A stretch of DNA of 64,000 nucleotides from Balanoglossus misakiensis (GCA_040954595.2 CM082597.2:5337244-5401243); one strand, 5' to 3'; numbered from the stretch's first letter, positions 33,737 through 45,498 are shown. A program made the numbers and translations. The notes: generated from the letters alone by a model not told the origin.

Positions 33737-36615
33737 ATGGGAGCACAACAGTCTCAGGTAAGGTTCCGAATTACAGGAGACGAATTTAGTCTTCTGCGGC
33801 TTTACTGCTTTGTTCTATACTAATTATTCTGTCGCATTAACGTCGGTATGGTGTTGACACTTTGCTGTTGCTGTGTGTGGTTAGTTAAGGGGTAAATTCA
33901 TCTTCGCCCGCCAAGGTCTTGCTCTCGAACGGGCCAACGACCCGTGCGAGCAAGAAAATGGGTTTACTTTTATCGCTACGTGTTTCATAGGTATGTAGTA
34001 TCATGTCAAAGTACTGTTAACGTTTGCTCCTTTCAGTCTGCGTAGTCTGACCTAAGACTTCCATATCGATTGAGAGTATGTAAATATAACTGCATTCACA
34101 ATCTGGCTGTAGCCTAAGGTGAAAACCATTTGATTTTGGGGGATATACTTTTTTTGGAGGGGGGATTTGTTGATAGATGGTGCAGTGGGAAAAAAATCGG
34201 CAATGTCTTGAGAGAAAAAAAATGTAGGACTGGCAGTAGAAAAAATGATACGCTGTAACTGACTGAAAAACTATTGCTGACATACACAAATCTTCCACGC
34301 ACCCCTCAGAAATCAAACGGTCCTCCCCTAATGTTGTCATTCGTAGGCACATACGTTAACCGTTGTGATTTTTCGGAATGCCTGTGATCTGTGAGGCTGT
34401 GTATGTCGTGTAGAGACACCGCCAGTGAAGGACGCATTTTTGCATATATTTTCTTTCACTCACGGTACTCAGACGCGAGCGCCGACAGGATGATTTTAGA
34501 AACATATGGAGAAACTGATAAGTTTATCTCAATTTTGAGAGGCGTTGTGCTGACGTGGCTGTCATAGTAAATGTCGACTCCCCCTGTTGCAGGTGATTTG
34601 GTGACGTGACCCTACCAGTTTATCACATATTGCTGATATACAGGTCTAAAGTCCATCCCATTAGCTCTGGCTAGCCATAGGCCACCATGTTTGTTTGAAC
34701 GTTGCCGGTTTATACCGAATTGAATACATAACGACATGCTGAAACGCAGGGTTAAAGGTATTCGGTCACTTCTTATTTACATATGTCTAAATATGGTCAA
34801 AAGGATGTGTCTAAGTCATCGAATGACCATACAGTGGTGCATAATATTTTTCGCGTGTGCAAAGCCACTGAAAGTCTGCGATTTAAATTAATTTTCTTTC
34901 ATTCAAAGTATTTATTTAGTCTCGAGTAGGAATACAAAATACCCATTGCGAATATCTTCACCGCAGCGCATGTAGCCTACACACTCGACAGATGTATCAT
35001 TTTTGTTTTGGTTTGTTTTGGTTTTGTGTGGTTTGGTTTGGTTTGGTTTGGTTTGGTTTGGTTTGGTTAAACAATGACAGAAATACAACATTCTCCCTAA
35101 GTACAACGAATACTAATCGTTTTGTACGCATTTTATCGGTATACAATTATCCTAAAATAGTTCCAACCGTGTTATGTGTTATATTATCTTTCGCAGGGTG
35201 CGCAGTCTGAAAGCCAACGTTCACCGCTGCAGGTTGCGTTGGACGAGTATTACGACAACCGAGTGGATATTCCACAGTGGCGAATGGATGCCGCCAAGCA
35301 AGTGGTGGAGGAGGTTGAGGAGAAACTAAAGCCAGAGATCGAGAGATTGCTGCAAGAGAAATACAATGTACCCACTCAGGCCTGGGAGTATACCGGAAGT
35401 GCGTATGAAGACTTGAAAGTGATTGCCCCGGACGAGTTTGATATAATGATACCATTTGACATGGCCAATCATTTTACACTCATAGGTGGAGTAGCTCAAT
35501 TCGTCGATAGCATCGCTTCGGTTGTTTCATTATTTACGGAACACAAACCTGAAATATCGGCATATGAATATTTACCGCTCGCGAAGGAAGACTCGCCGTT
35601 TTGCAAGGTGCGAGGTGGCGGCCACGTGCTGGATTCGGAGGAGGTCATGAAGAAATTCCAGAGTGTTATATCACTCGCTGTAAATGCAGTAAGGCTAAGG
35701 GGAGAGTTACGCCACATGAAAATCCGGACTGGACAATCTGGACCTGCTGTCAAAATTGACATCACGTACAATGATGACCAAACCCTGAAGATTGACCTCG
35801 TTCCGGCCGTCACCCTTCACGCCAGGTAAACGTGGCACAAGGTTATAGCTGTCTAAGTATGGCGTGTAATTTTGGCTTTTCTTGGTGAAGAAATTAGAAC
35901 AAAACTGTAATTGAGAAACATAAATATACTAGCCAAAGTTTCAAAGCTAATGGACCTTTAACCCTCATGACAATTGAAACATTTTCAATAACTTCCAAAC
36001 CCCATTATCGCTGTCCCCGTGTACCCGGAATGTAACAGTTGACGTGTGCCTTCAAAAAATATAATGCCGAGAACATAAATTTAAGATAATGTCCCCGGTA
36101 ATTAACTCGACACTCTTTCTTTTTGCAGAAATTATGTGGCAAAATCTGATAAATATGACGAAACGGAGGGCGCCAAGTCAAAATGGCGGATATCCAACTC
36201 AACTGAAGAGAAGCTAAAGATTCTTTTAGCCGGAGAAGAGAAAACGAAGGTACTGAAGCTAGCCAAAGCGTTCTGCAAGGAACCATTGAACGCTCCATTG
36301 GCCGGGCTCGATTCTTACTATCTCAAGACGGTGTTTCTCCATATGTTGACGAAGTATCCCGAGTCTTGGACCGACACTGGAGAATATTTCATCAAATTTC
36401 TCGAAGAGCTTCTCGGGCACCTAAGAGAGGAGCGCCTACCCATGTATTCTTTGGAATCCCATAATCTGATTCGTCATTTTGTGACGAGCCCCGACAGTCA
36501 CGTGGCTAACATGATAGGATACCTTCAGGGGCTGTTACGTAACGCGCAACATGGCGGTGACCAATTGGTCAATAAACTGAATGCGGTCACACCGGAAACG
36601 GCCAATTTCTGGTAA
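33737..36615 (+). CDS. cGAS-like receptor / Mab21-family nucleotidyltransferase, copy B (~378 aa); predicted N-myristoylated; intact acidic triad
   Basis: Exons 33737-33757 (MGAQQSQ|gtaagg), 35197-35825 (GAQSESQRSPLQVALDEYY...YTGSAYEDLKVIAPDEFDIM...SGPAV...LKIDLVPAV), 36129-36615 (NYVAK...WRISNS...LDSYYLKTVFLH...LPMYSLESHNLI). AATAAA at ~36840. Confidence 0.9.
35000..35067. repeat. (GGTTT)n microsatellite in cGLR-B intron 1
   Basis: Read directly from the sequence. Confidence 0.9.
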
Positions 36616-36902
36616 TTTTAAGAGGCTCTTAATGTGACGGTACACACAGTAACGCATGTCTCCCTCTAAATCACTGTGCCAGTTATTACATTTGAGAAAT
36701 TGTTATTTTTGAGTAACTTAAATAGTTTATGTGTTTTGAAAGTGACGAGCTTCGGCCAAATTGCCAAGTCACAATATCTGGATTATATTTTCATCATTTT
36801 CTTTTGATACAGGGAATTGCTTTACAAATTCTTCGACTCAATAAACGCTTACAGGATTACATTGACATCGGTGACTTGATTCCGTCCAATGATAAACCGC
36901 AC

Positions 36903-36982
36903 GAAAATGAAAGAGAAAGCCATGACACGGTGTAGTGTACGCATGCGCACGTTATTCAACTGCGCCGAACGGGGGAATCCCC
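36903..36982 (+). promoter_or_regulatory. cGLR-C promoter: triple-GAAA ISRE-like element and palindromic NF-kB site
   Basis: GAAAATGAAAGAGAAAGC at 36903-36920; NRF1-like GCATGCGCA at ~36941; GGGGAATCCCC at 36972-36982. All lie within ~220 bp of the ATG at 37119. Confidence 0.6.
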
Positions 36983-37118
36983 GGCCCCAGAAGGCACGCC
37001 GGATAAAACCAAACGCGGACACGGAGTTCGTTTTCCCATCTTGATTTCATAAAATACAACGTACACTTGACATTGTCGCGTTACAAGGTGACCTACATCC
37101 CAAACTAGCATATACCCA

Positions 37119-38502
37119 ATGGCTATGCCGCGTGTTTTCGTGGCCGTCGTCATGGCAGCGGTCTTAGCAGTCACCGCGGTAAACGGTCGCACGTCAGATC
37201 AGCAAAGAACTATACAGTCAAAGGTAGGTAACACCAAGGCTAACCCATTAATGCTTGCGTTATTTGCCTGCCAAGCCGCAAGCTAGCCTAACTGTTGAGA
37301 ACAGCTGGATTGGACGGAATGATTGTAATCAAGAAAATACGCACATGCGCATAAGACGATCGTCGGCCTTCAAATTCAGCATACTGTGTACATGTACATG
37401 CATGGATAATGGGCTCACTAATTGTGTGCTTCATACTTCATGTTTCAGTTGCAGATTGAGCTAGACGAGTTCTATGACAAACAGGTAAACATTCCCACCG
37501 CAAGGATGAAAGCTGCACAGAAAATCGTCGCCGAACTAGAGGCCAAATTGAAACCAAAACTAAAAGAGCTGCTCCAGGAAAGATACTACGTGACCCTGGC
37601 CCAGACATGGGAGTATACCGGAAGTGCGTATGAAGACCTGAAAGTGTGTGACCCGGATGAATTTGATATCATGCTGCCGTTTGATATGACCCATCATCTG
37701 AACAGACCAACCCGGCGATATTCGGTCTTGACGTCAGCGACGTCTTCCTATTGTCCACCACTTACCAGCGCGTACAACTTCCTGCGGTCCGCCAACAGTT
37801 CCTCGACATTCTCAAGATTGCATGGTGGCGACCATACGCTGGATTCTCAGAAGGTCATGAATGGTTTCCACAGCGTTCTGCAGAGGGCTGTGAATTCTGT
37901 GGATTTCGGTGACGTCACAGTGTGGATTGGGAAAGATGGGCCTGCGATGAAAGTGGAGGCGAAATACACAGACAGAGATAAACGACAAAACTATTTGAAG
38001 ATTGATTTGGTTCCTGCTGTGTTTGACTGCGACAGGTAATGTTAATATTAGTCGAGTATCTAGTTGTGTGTTGGCCACTTTGATTCCAAAACTAAAGTAT
38101 AGCCATGAGCGTGCCGCCGGCCCATTAAAACTGGTTACCCCTTGCTGGGAATTGTGATGTAACTAACTTGAGGTCAATCACATAATCTGAACACTGTTGA
38201 TTTGGTGTAAGATTATTGTGAAGGTAGGGCTAATAACATAGAAAATCTTACCCATCCTTATCATATAACCGAATCAATGGAACAAATCTTTGATAGACTT
38301 CAAAGGGATGTCAGATACATCACATTTCCCAGTGCCGACGCTAAATCAATTACATATATACAGAATGTATTCTCATTTGTCATTCCCTGTCCACTTAGAA
38401 ACGTTTAAATTTGAATTCCATCATACAGACGTGATGTCGACTGGAACACTGCAATACTTTCCTGTTGTGCGCAGATTACTGAATGATGACAGAACGCAGA
38501 CG

Positions 38503-38548
<46 letters not shown>

Positions 38549-39067
38549 TCTCTCTCATATACGGAGCCTAAAATAGGGCAAAAAATACCCAAGCTTCCAT
38601 TTTCTTTCAGATTCTATGTGACCAAGTCCGACAGATATGATACCGCTGAGGGCGCCAGTTCAAAATGGCGGCTATCGTTCTCTGACTCTGAGAAGAAGAC
38701 AATCAACAAGCTTACAGCGAACAAACGAGACAATAAAAAGAAGATATATAAGATGGTTAAAGCATTCTGCAAAAAAGATGCGCCATTAGCGAGGCTTGAT
38801 TCTTATTATTTAAAGAACATATTTCTGCATATGGCAACTAAGTATCCCGGATATTGGACGGACAGTGGCGAATATTTTACCAAATTCCTTGAAGAGCTTC
38901 TTGCCTTCCTGAAGACCGGAAATCTACCCATGTATTTCATGCCAACTCACAATCTGATCGGAACTTTCGTGAAAAATAATCCGGGGACTGTAGCAAATAT
39001 CGTAAACCGCTTACAGAGATTACTTAAAAGAGGGGATGATGAACTAATAAAGATTCTGCAACGCTAA
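37119..39067 (+). CDS. cGAS-like receptor / Mab21-family nucleotidyltransferase, copy C (~382 aa); N-terminal signal peptide; intact active site
   Basis: Exons 37119-37223 (MAMPRVFVAVVMAAVLAVTAVNGRTSDQQRTIQSK|gtaggt), 37449-38035 (LQIELDEFY...YTGSAYEDLKVCDPDEFDIM...LKIDLVPAV), 38611-39067 (FYVTK...WRLSFS...LDSYYLKNIFLH...GNLPMYFMPTHNLI). Confidence 0.9.
38505..38556. repeat. (CT)n microsatellite in cGLR-C intron 2
   Basis: Read directly; explains the LSLSLS run in ORFs 38290 and 38483. Confidence 0.95.
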
Positions 39068-40615
39068 TAAGAGGTCACGAACAAACAGTACAGGATTCTC
39101 AAAGCAGAGTTATGATAGACACGGTAGTAAAAAAACAATTGAAGCACCTTTGCGGTATACAAAGCAAGGATACGAAAACAGCAAAATATGAGGAAATTCC
39201 TTACTGAAGAGCTGTATTATATAAACTATGTAAAAAACGATAGAACTATTGTAAATTTCATGAAGTATATATGTGTAACATATATCCTGTATTTTTATAA
39301 AAAGAAAAAGGTAAAAAAACAAGAGAGAGAGAGAGAGAGACGACATTGTGTGTAGCCCAGCTTTTTACCATCGCTTTCTAAAAATAGATTTTACAAACGA
39401 CAGTGGAATCGGCCCAGCATCGAGGTCTGGGCGAGGTATAATTTCCTACCACGGTATTCAGCACATGGCGAACAGTTTATTTCACTATTTCAGTGTGTCA
39501 ACTATGAAACGATTGATTCACAACCCGGTGTGTGTGTGATAAAATTGCAGACAGACTTCAGGAATTAGGAAGGCTAAGCCAATTTCCTGACTCTGTTGAC
39601 AACCTACTGCAGCTATGTGATATACCGTGCAATGTCGAGCTCACACGACAGACAGTCATGCACCACTCAATACAACCAACATATGCAGCTATTATGGTCG
39701 ATTATCTTTCCATATCGACATATGTTCAAGGCTGGTGCCTCTTGCATTTACATGTAGATATCTTTTACAGGGTGGGGCAGATTGGTTGCTGTAGTAACTC
39801 TGCTGCCAATTATTACAGAGAACATTTCCCCGGCTAGCAACAAACTGTGCGTTGTAATATACACGAACTGGGTACCTGATATTGATATTTTATCATCAGT
39901 TTCAAAATAATGTTCAAAGTGCGTGTCTGCCACATTTTGCTATTTCATTATCCGGGTGTTATTACTGGACTGAAATTATGGCATGGCTTTGAACCATATG
40001 ACCATTCCTAAAATTAACACCTTTACTACGATCCTCCATCATGACCACACAAAAACATGATCAACGACCTTTGCAGGGCGTTCCACTGTGATACCATGGC
40101 CAGGTTATCAATTAGCGCAACAGGTGCGTCCGAGAATAGAATTATATTTATTTCGCTCCTATCCAATGGCGGGTCCCGCGCATGCGTCCCAGCTGGCGGT
40201 GCTGCTGGCATCTGTGCGTCTGAGTATAGCGCTTCATCACAGATGTGCGTTGCCGCTGACAGAACTCTGAAATTGTAGACTGCTGTCACGTCAACGGGGT
40301 ACAGGACGATCTATTTAACAAGGTATGAGCATATGCATGATAGGAAAGAAATTCAGGGAAGCGAGTCACGATTCTGTGCGTTTGATAAACAGTTTGACTG
40401 TTTTTCTAACTTGTGACGTTTTTTATTCATCTTGACATTTGCAAATGAACTCAAATATTACAATTACTGTTGTCCATTCTGAGGTGTAACTGCAGGAAGC
40501 TGTATGTCACACTGCAAACCAGCATTTCTATTGCCATCGACTGTGTGAGACAGGGGTCATTTAAAGTGAGCCAAAGTTCCGTTGTATTATTTCAGATTTT
40601 GGACAAACTATCAAC

Positions 40616-43600
40616 ATGTGGGAGATTGCAGTTGGCGTGATATTAGGGATAATTATCCTATTTATATTAGGTGCACGAAGACCAAGGAAGGTAAATGAAA
40701 TAATATTTGCTTTGATGGTATATTCAAATTGGCCGAATAGGATGTTTCAATGTTGAGTAAATAACTTGCCATATCCTCAGCTTGTGATGTTTCGACATTT
40801 TGACTTTTATTTTTGACCCATCAACAATGCGATTCATGCAACCTTCCACAAATGTAGATATGCAAATTTGCTTTTAGAAGAATAATGGCGTCAGAGGACA
40901 TTCGGGCGTTGTCAAACAGGGGTTATTCTGTCATTTTACAGGAAAAAAATGAACGCAACCAATTGTGAATTCGAATCCCCATCCTACCACTTTGGGTGCT
41001 TATGTTTTCACCATCATTTTTTATGCGAAATCATTTTACACTAACCTTTGCATAATGCGACGTGCGAACCAAATGTTGGTAATACGCCAGTTCCTATTAA
41101 TAGCCACCCGTACATAAAATATCAAATATAAACACGGCCACAATGCCAGTATTAATTATGCATATCAATGCAATTTCACCTCACTACGCGGTTACACTGT
41201 AGAGGATGATGTCTGTGCCACGCCCTAATACCACACATCCAGGGGTGTCTGTGAGTCCGCGATAATGTAAAGTGAAATGTTTTCAGCGCGCCATTTGTAA
41301 AGGTCACGAAGTGGTTATGGTTGGGCATGATGATAATACTGGTATGGCCAGGATGAAAATAAGGTTCAAAGACGCCGATTGATAAAAATCCCACATTAAA
41401 TAAGTCAACTCTGATATGTTGTCATGTTAATAATAACATGTCATATACAATTCTGAGATGGGTAGTGAATTACCTGTTTATATCATGAATTCTGCGTGTG
41501 TTTTCGCACTGTAAAAATTGTAGCGGCGGTATTACGTCACTTCCGTGGTATTTGGTATTCAAATGGGATCTGTGACATTTGGTCGGCAGAAACTCCCTCG
41601 TGGGGCAATGGCCAGGAATGCCCTGGGGCAAGCTACCAGAAGTTTTTCCTTTCTGCAGGGTTTAGAGTGGACAGAGGTCTCGCGTTGCAAACCTACGAGA
41701 GTTGTAAACCCACGACATCTGTACTTGCGATTGATTGAAAATGAGTCAGGAATGAAAGGAAGGTTACGGAAAATAGGGGTTTAGGGTCACGAGAGGAAGA
41801 GTGGTATACATGTCCCTATGCTTATGTGTTAGTCAAATGACACAAAGTGAGCTATATCGGTCTCTAGGTCACTTGTTTACCTTTTTTGATGGAAATTCTA
41901 TATTTGGCCAAAATGGGTTTTATATATGAACAGATGATGTCAGGGTAATTGTCATTCCAACTGCATGCAGTGTGCTATATTTCACTGTGGGTAAATAAAA
42001 TTGGTTTTAATGGTTAAATATTCTTGTTGTCATATGCACACTGTGCGTTTGTTATTTGTTGATTACTGGAAGAAACAGAGCCGAGAAATAAAAAAAAATC
42101 TCAGGCCTTACAAAATCTAGCATGTTGTATGTCAATAATTTTCATAGATGATATATGTTTATTGTAGTTGGAACAGACTTTGAAGGCGTTCTTCAGGAAA
42201 GAAGTCTACGTGTCCGAAAAGGAACTGAAGTTTGCGAAGACACAGGTGGACTTGGTGATTGATAAAATCAAACTAAAGCTGAAAGATCTCTTCTCCGAGA
42301 GGTACGGGATAAATCTGAACGATGATTGGATTAAGACCGGAAGTGCTTTCGATGGGCTGCAGGTCAAGGCCCCGGATGCGTTCGAAATCTTGGTGGAGCT
42401 GGACATTTGGCACGACCAGTCCGCCCTCTTTGTGATATCCCAGGTGGCGTCGGCGGACATGTCCGGGTACGACTTCATCAAAGTGTCCGGCGGCAGCGGG
42501 AGCCTCTCCGAGATGGTCCTGGGCGAGGGCACCGTCTTCCACTCGCAGAAGGTCTTGCACGGATTCCAGGGCGTGCTGCAGAAGGCGGTGGGCGAGCTCG
42601 ACGAGGAGAAGTCGCTGGTGACAGAGATGGACGGCAGCACGCTGAGGGTCGTCTGGAAGTATGTGGACAAGCGTGGACGAGACAAGACGCTGAAGTTAGA
42701 ATTGATACCGTGTGTGTGTTCAAACAAACGGTAATGGTTTCTGCTTGTGATTTGATAATATTGTTTTATGTTGAAGTAACACAACGGGAAAAATGTTAAA
42801 ACTGAAAAATATGTGTATTTGGATATTAAGCTTAACGCTAAAGCGAAGGACAGAAATAACCCACTACATGCATAATTGATGGGTGTTAATTGACGTACTA
42901 GCAATTCGAGTCTTGCTGGTATGCATGCATTATTGTACGATAAATGCCAGATAAAAATGAAGTCAACTCATACCATCTCATATTTTCCGGAGAAGCACAT
43001 CTCTCAAGGGCCTATAGACTTTTCCCATAATTTTTTACTATACAACTACTTACCATGTAATCGCTGTGTCCACACTTTGATATTCTTTGACATTATTTTT
43101 CCACCCGGTTTGTGGGCCGTGAACGTGTTTTTACTTTCGACAATTTTCCAAATTTAAAGTTTTATTTCTCTTTATAAATTTCTCACTTGTTCATGAATCA
43201 CAGGTACTACATAGCCAAGCCTGACGTCTTCGACGAGAAAGAGGGGACGGTCGGGAAATGGAAGATCGCCTTGCTGGACAAGGAAAGGGAAAAGTTCAAG
43301 AAAGTGACGGAGGGCAAGCGAAGAGTCTTGAAACTGGCCGTCGGTTTCTGTAAGAAAGACGAGAGCTTGGCCTGGATCAACCACAACCACTTGAAGACGG
43401 TGTTCCTTCACATGATGGACACCGTGCCGGGGGCTTGGAAGGAGAGCGACGACTACTTCAAGTTGCTCCTTGAGTACCTCCTCGATTATCTCCGCGAGGG
43501 CAACCTTCCGGACTACTTCATCCGCAAGCGCAACCTCTTCTTGAACTTCGCGCACGCGCACCCGCAGACCATGGAGAACGCGTCTGCGCGTCTGCGCTTC

Positions 43601-43738
43601 ATCCTCAGAAGCGGGAACGACGAGATCATGCGAGTAATTCGCGGGCCGCTGTATCGGTGGCCGTGGTCTAGGCGGGAGTATCGCCCCCAAATAATGCCGC
43701 TGCGCAAAACGGCTGATCTTAGCGTGTGGCATAAATAA
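40616..43738 (+). CDS. cGAS-like / Mab21-family protein, copy D (~390 aa); N-terminal signal-anchor helix; degenerate active site (probable pseudoenzyme)
   Basis: Exons 40616-40690 (MWEIAVGVILGIIILFILGARRPRK|gtaaat; acceptor at 40595 and a likely 5' UTR exon ending at 40322), 42168-42730 (LEQTLKAFF...KTGSAFDGLQVKAPDAFEIL...LKLELIPC), 43204-43738 (YYIAK...WKIALL...WINHNHLKTVFLH...GNLPDYFIRKRNLF). Intron positions and phases are the same as in A-C. Confidence 0.85.
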
Positions 43739-43846
43739 AAGAAGCCTGGTTAAAGCCCGCAGCTGCCACTTTTACCATATTTCAATTTATAAAATACTCC
43801 TTATCCGTTGTCGACAAATAAGCCTATTTTGACTTTGCGGGGAATT

Positions 43847-44024
43847 TTAAAGGTATACGGTCACCTATACTATAGAAAATTAGCTATAGTTACCATGGCG
43901 AATTGAGATCTAGCCAATCACAGATTTTCAGTGGGTGGCACACGCGAAAAAAAGAGCGCCACCATATGTTCTTTAGAACGCTCAAATGGGCGTATGTATT
44001 TTGGAGGTGACTGTATACCTTTAA
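43847..44024. mobile_element. TTAA-flanked MITE (AGGTATACGGTCACCT...AGGTGACTGTATACCT)
   Basis: 16-bp near-perfect TIRs and TTAA target duplication. Confidence 0.8.
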
Positions 44025-44214
44025 TACCCATGTGCGCATACCAAGAGAGTTGTGTACTCTTGTAACGGTCAGCCATTTTATCTGCTCAGAAAAGCAGTTA
44101 CAACGCTATAGTTAATATTTAGATACATGTATATGCATATCTACTGCCGTCACTGTCACTTAGAAATACTAGTACTAACTTTTGCGTAGTTTTTGCGTTA
44201 TATTATAATACAGT

Positions 44215-45498
44215 TTTTTAGGTCCCATTGGTATATACCATGGGACCTTATGGGATCAGTTGCGTCTGTATGTATGCGTGGATGTATGTCTGTATGTCCG
44301 TCCACATCAAAAACTCGAAAACCGCTGCGTGTATCTCCTTGATATTTGGTGTGCTGATGCAGGCTGGGCTGTAGATGGGAGTTTGTTCAAATGAAGGTGT
44401 CATCGCCAAAGATATGCAAATTAGCTGGAAAAATGTGAATTTGGTTAAAACTCAGTAACTCAAGAACTACTGGTCATATTGCTTTGCAAAGTGGTGTGTA
44501 TTTACTTTATTGAGTTGTTTTAATTAGGCAGGAACTCCCCTCTGTGTTTCATATAATGAATGATTACATAACTGGCTAAGTTTTAAAAAGGCCAGCTGTT
44601 CTATTTAGTGTATGTACAGTACATATGCCACTGGCAGCTTTTGGGTCAGTCAGTGTTTGCCCATTGAGCAAAGTTGAACTTCATTGGAGAAAAGAAGAAC
44701 CACTCCCGTCGGTCTTAATTTGCATTTTAACACTTTATTTTGAATTTCAATACTTGATTTAAATATGAGAACAGCCTAACAGTTTTGTCTCACTGTAGTT
44801 AAAGTTTTGGACCTAGATATGTAAATAGTTTGTGTCCATGAGTTCGTATTGGGGATGTGTTAGCACTCTGGGCACCGTACTCCTCACGGGATCTGTTAAC
44901 GCAGGTCAGCGCAACATACCCCAAGCTTTTGTATCGCCTTCTTTTGCTGTGATTTGAGAGCTATACAGTGCTCATTTTGTAGACACAGGGATGTTTATGT
45001 TTGTGAGAGGCTCGTGCGAGTCCGTCATTGTATTGTTGTGTGCAAAAGAGGTCATGGGAGTTTGGGGATGTGTTAGCGCTCTGGGCACCGTACTCCTCGC
45101 GGGATCTGTTAACGCAGGTCAGTGCAACACACCCCAAACTTTTGTACCGCCTTCTTTTGCTGTGATTTGAGAGCTGTACAGTTCATCTTGGCATTCATCG
45201 TCCCATCAGATCTCTGTGTCGACAGTCTGATATTAGATTGTTGTTGGGTTCAATTGGAATGTATGATTACCTGAATGATTACATAACTGGCTAAGTTTTA
45301 AAGAGGCCAGCTGTTCTATTTAGTGTATGTACAGTACATATTCCATTGGCAGCTTATGGGTCAGTCAGTGCTTGCCCATTGATTTCTCGCTATGTGTGTG
45401 TGTGTCTGTCTGTCTGTATATGGCCCTGTACTCTGGTGTAGACTTTTTCTTGTGTAATTCCTCAATGGGACCACCGTGTCCTTGACTCGATTTTTTTT
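44215..45498 (+). mobile_element. Helentron-associated (HINE/DINE-1-like) element with internal duplications
   Basis: Starts in a T-run with the sub-terminal palindrome ggtcccattgg...ccatgggacc, followed by a (tgta/tgtc)n tract; ends caatgggacc...ttttttt. Internal direct repeats at ~44557-44666/45272-45381 and ~44850-44968/45063-45182. Confidence 0.55.

Noticed and set aside
38483-38610. LSLSLS N-terminal extension of ORF 38483-39067
   Set aside because: Intronic (CT)n microsatellite; the true exon starts at 38611.
39100-40330. STING or another effector gene between cGLR-C and cGLR-D
   Set aside because: The short ORFs there show no TM or STING-like motifs and no coherent exon chain. No STING gene was recognised anywhere in the window.
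42206-43732. Long antisense and alternative-frame ORFs over cGLR-D (42206-42904, 42407-42799, 43172-43732)
   Set aside because: Shadow ORFs caused by high third-position GC; no recognisable domains.
29888-43738. Bacterial CBASS / CD-NTase operon
   Set aside because: The genes have GT-AG introns and lie among animal genes; they are metazoan Mab21/cGLR genes.
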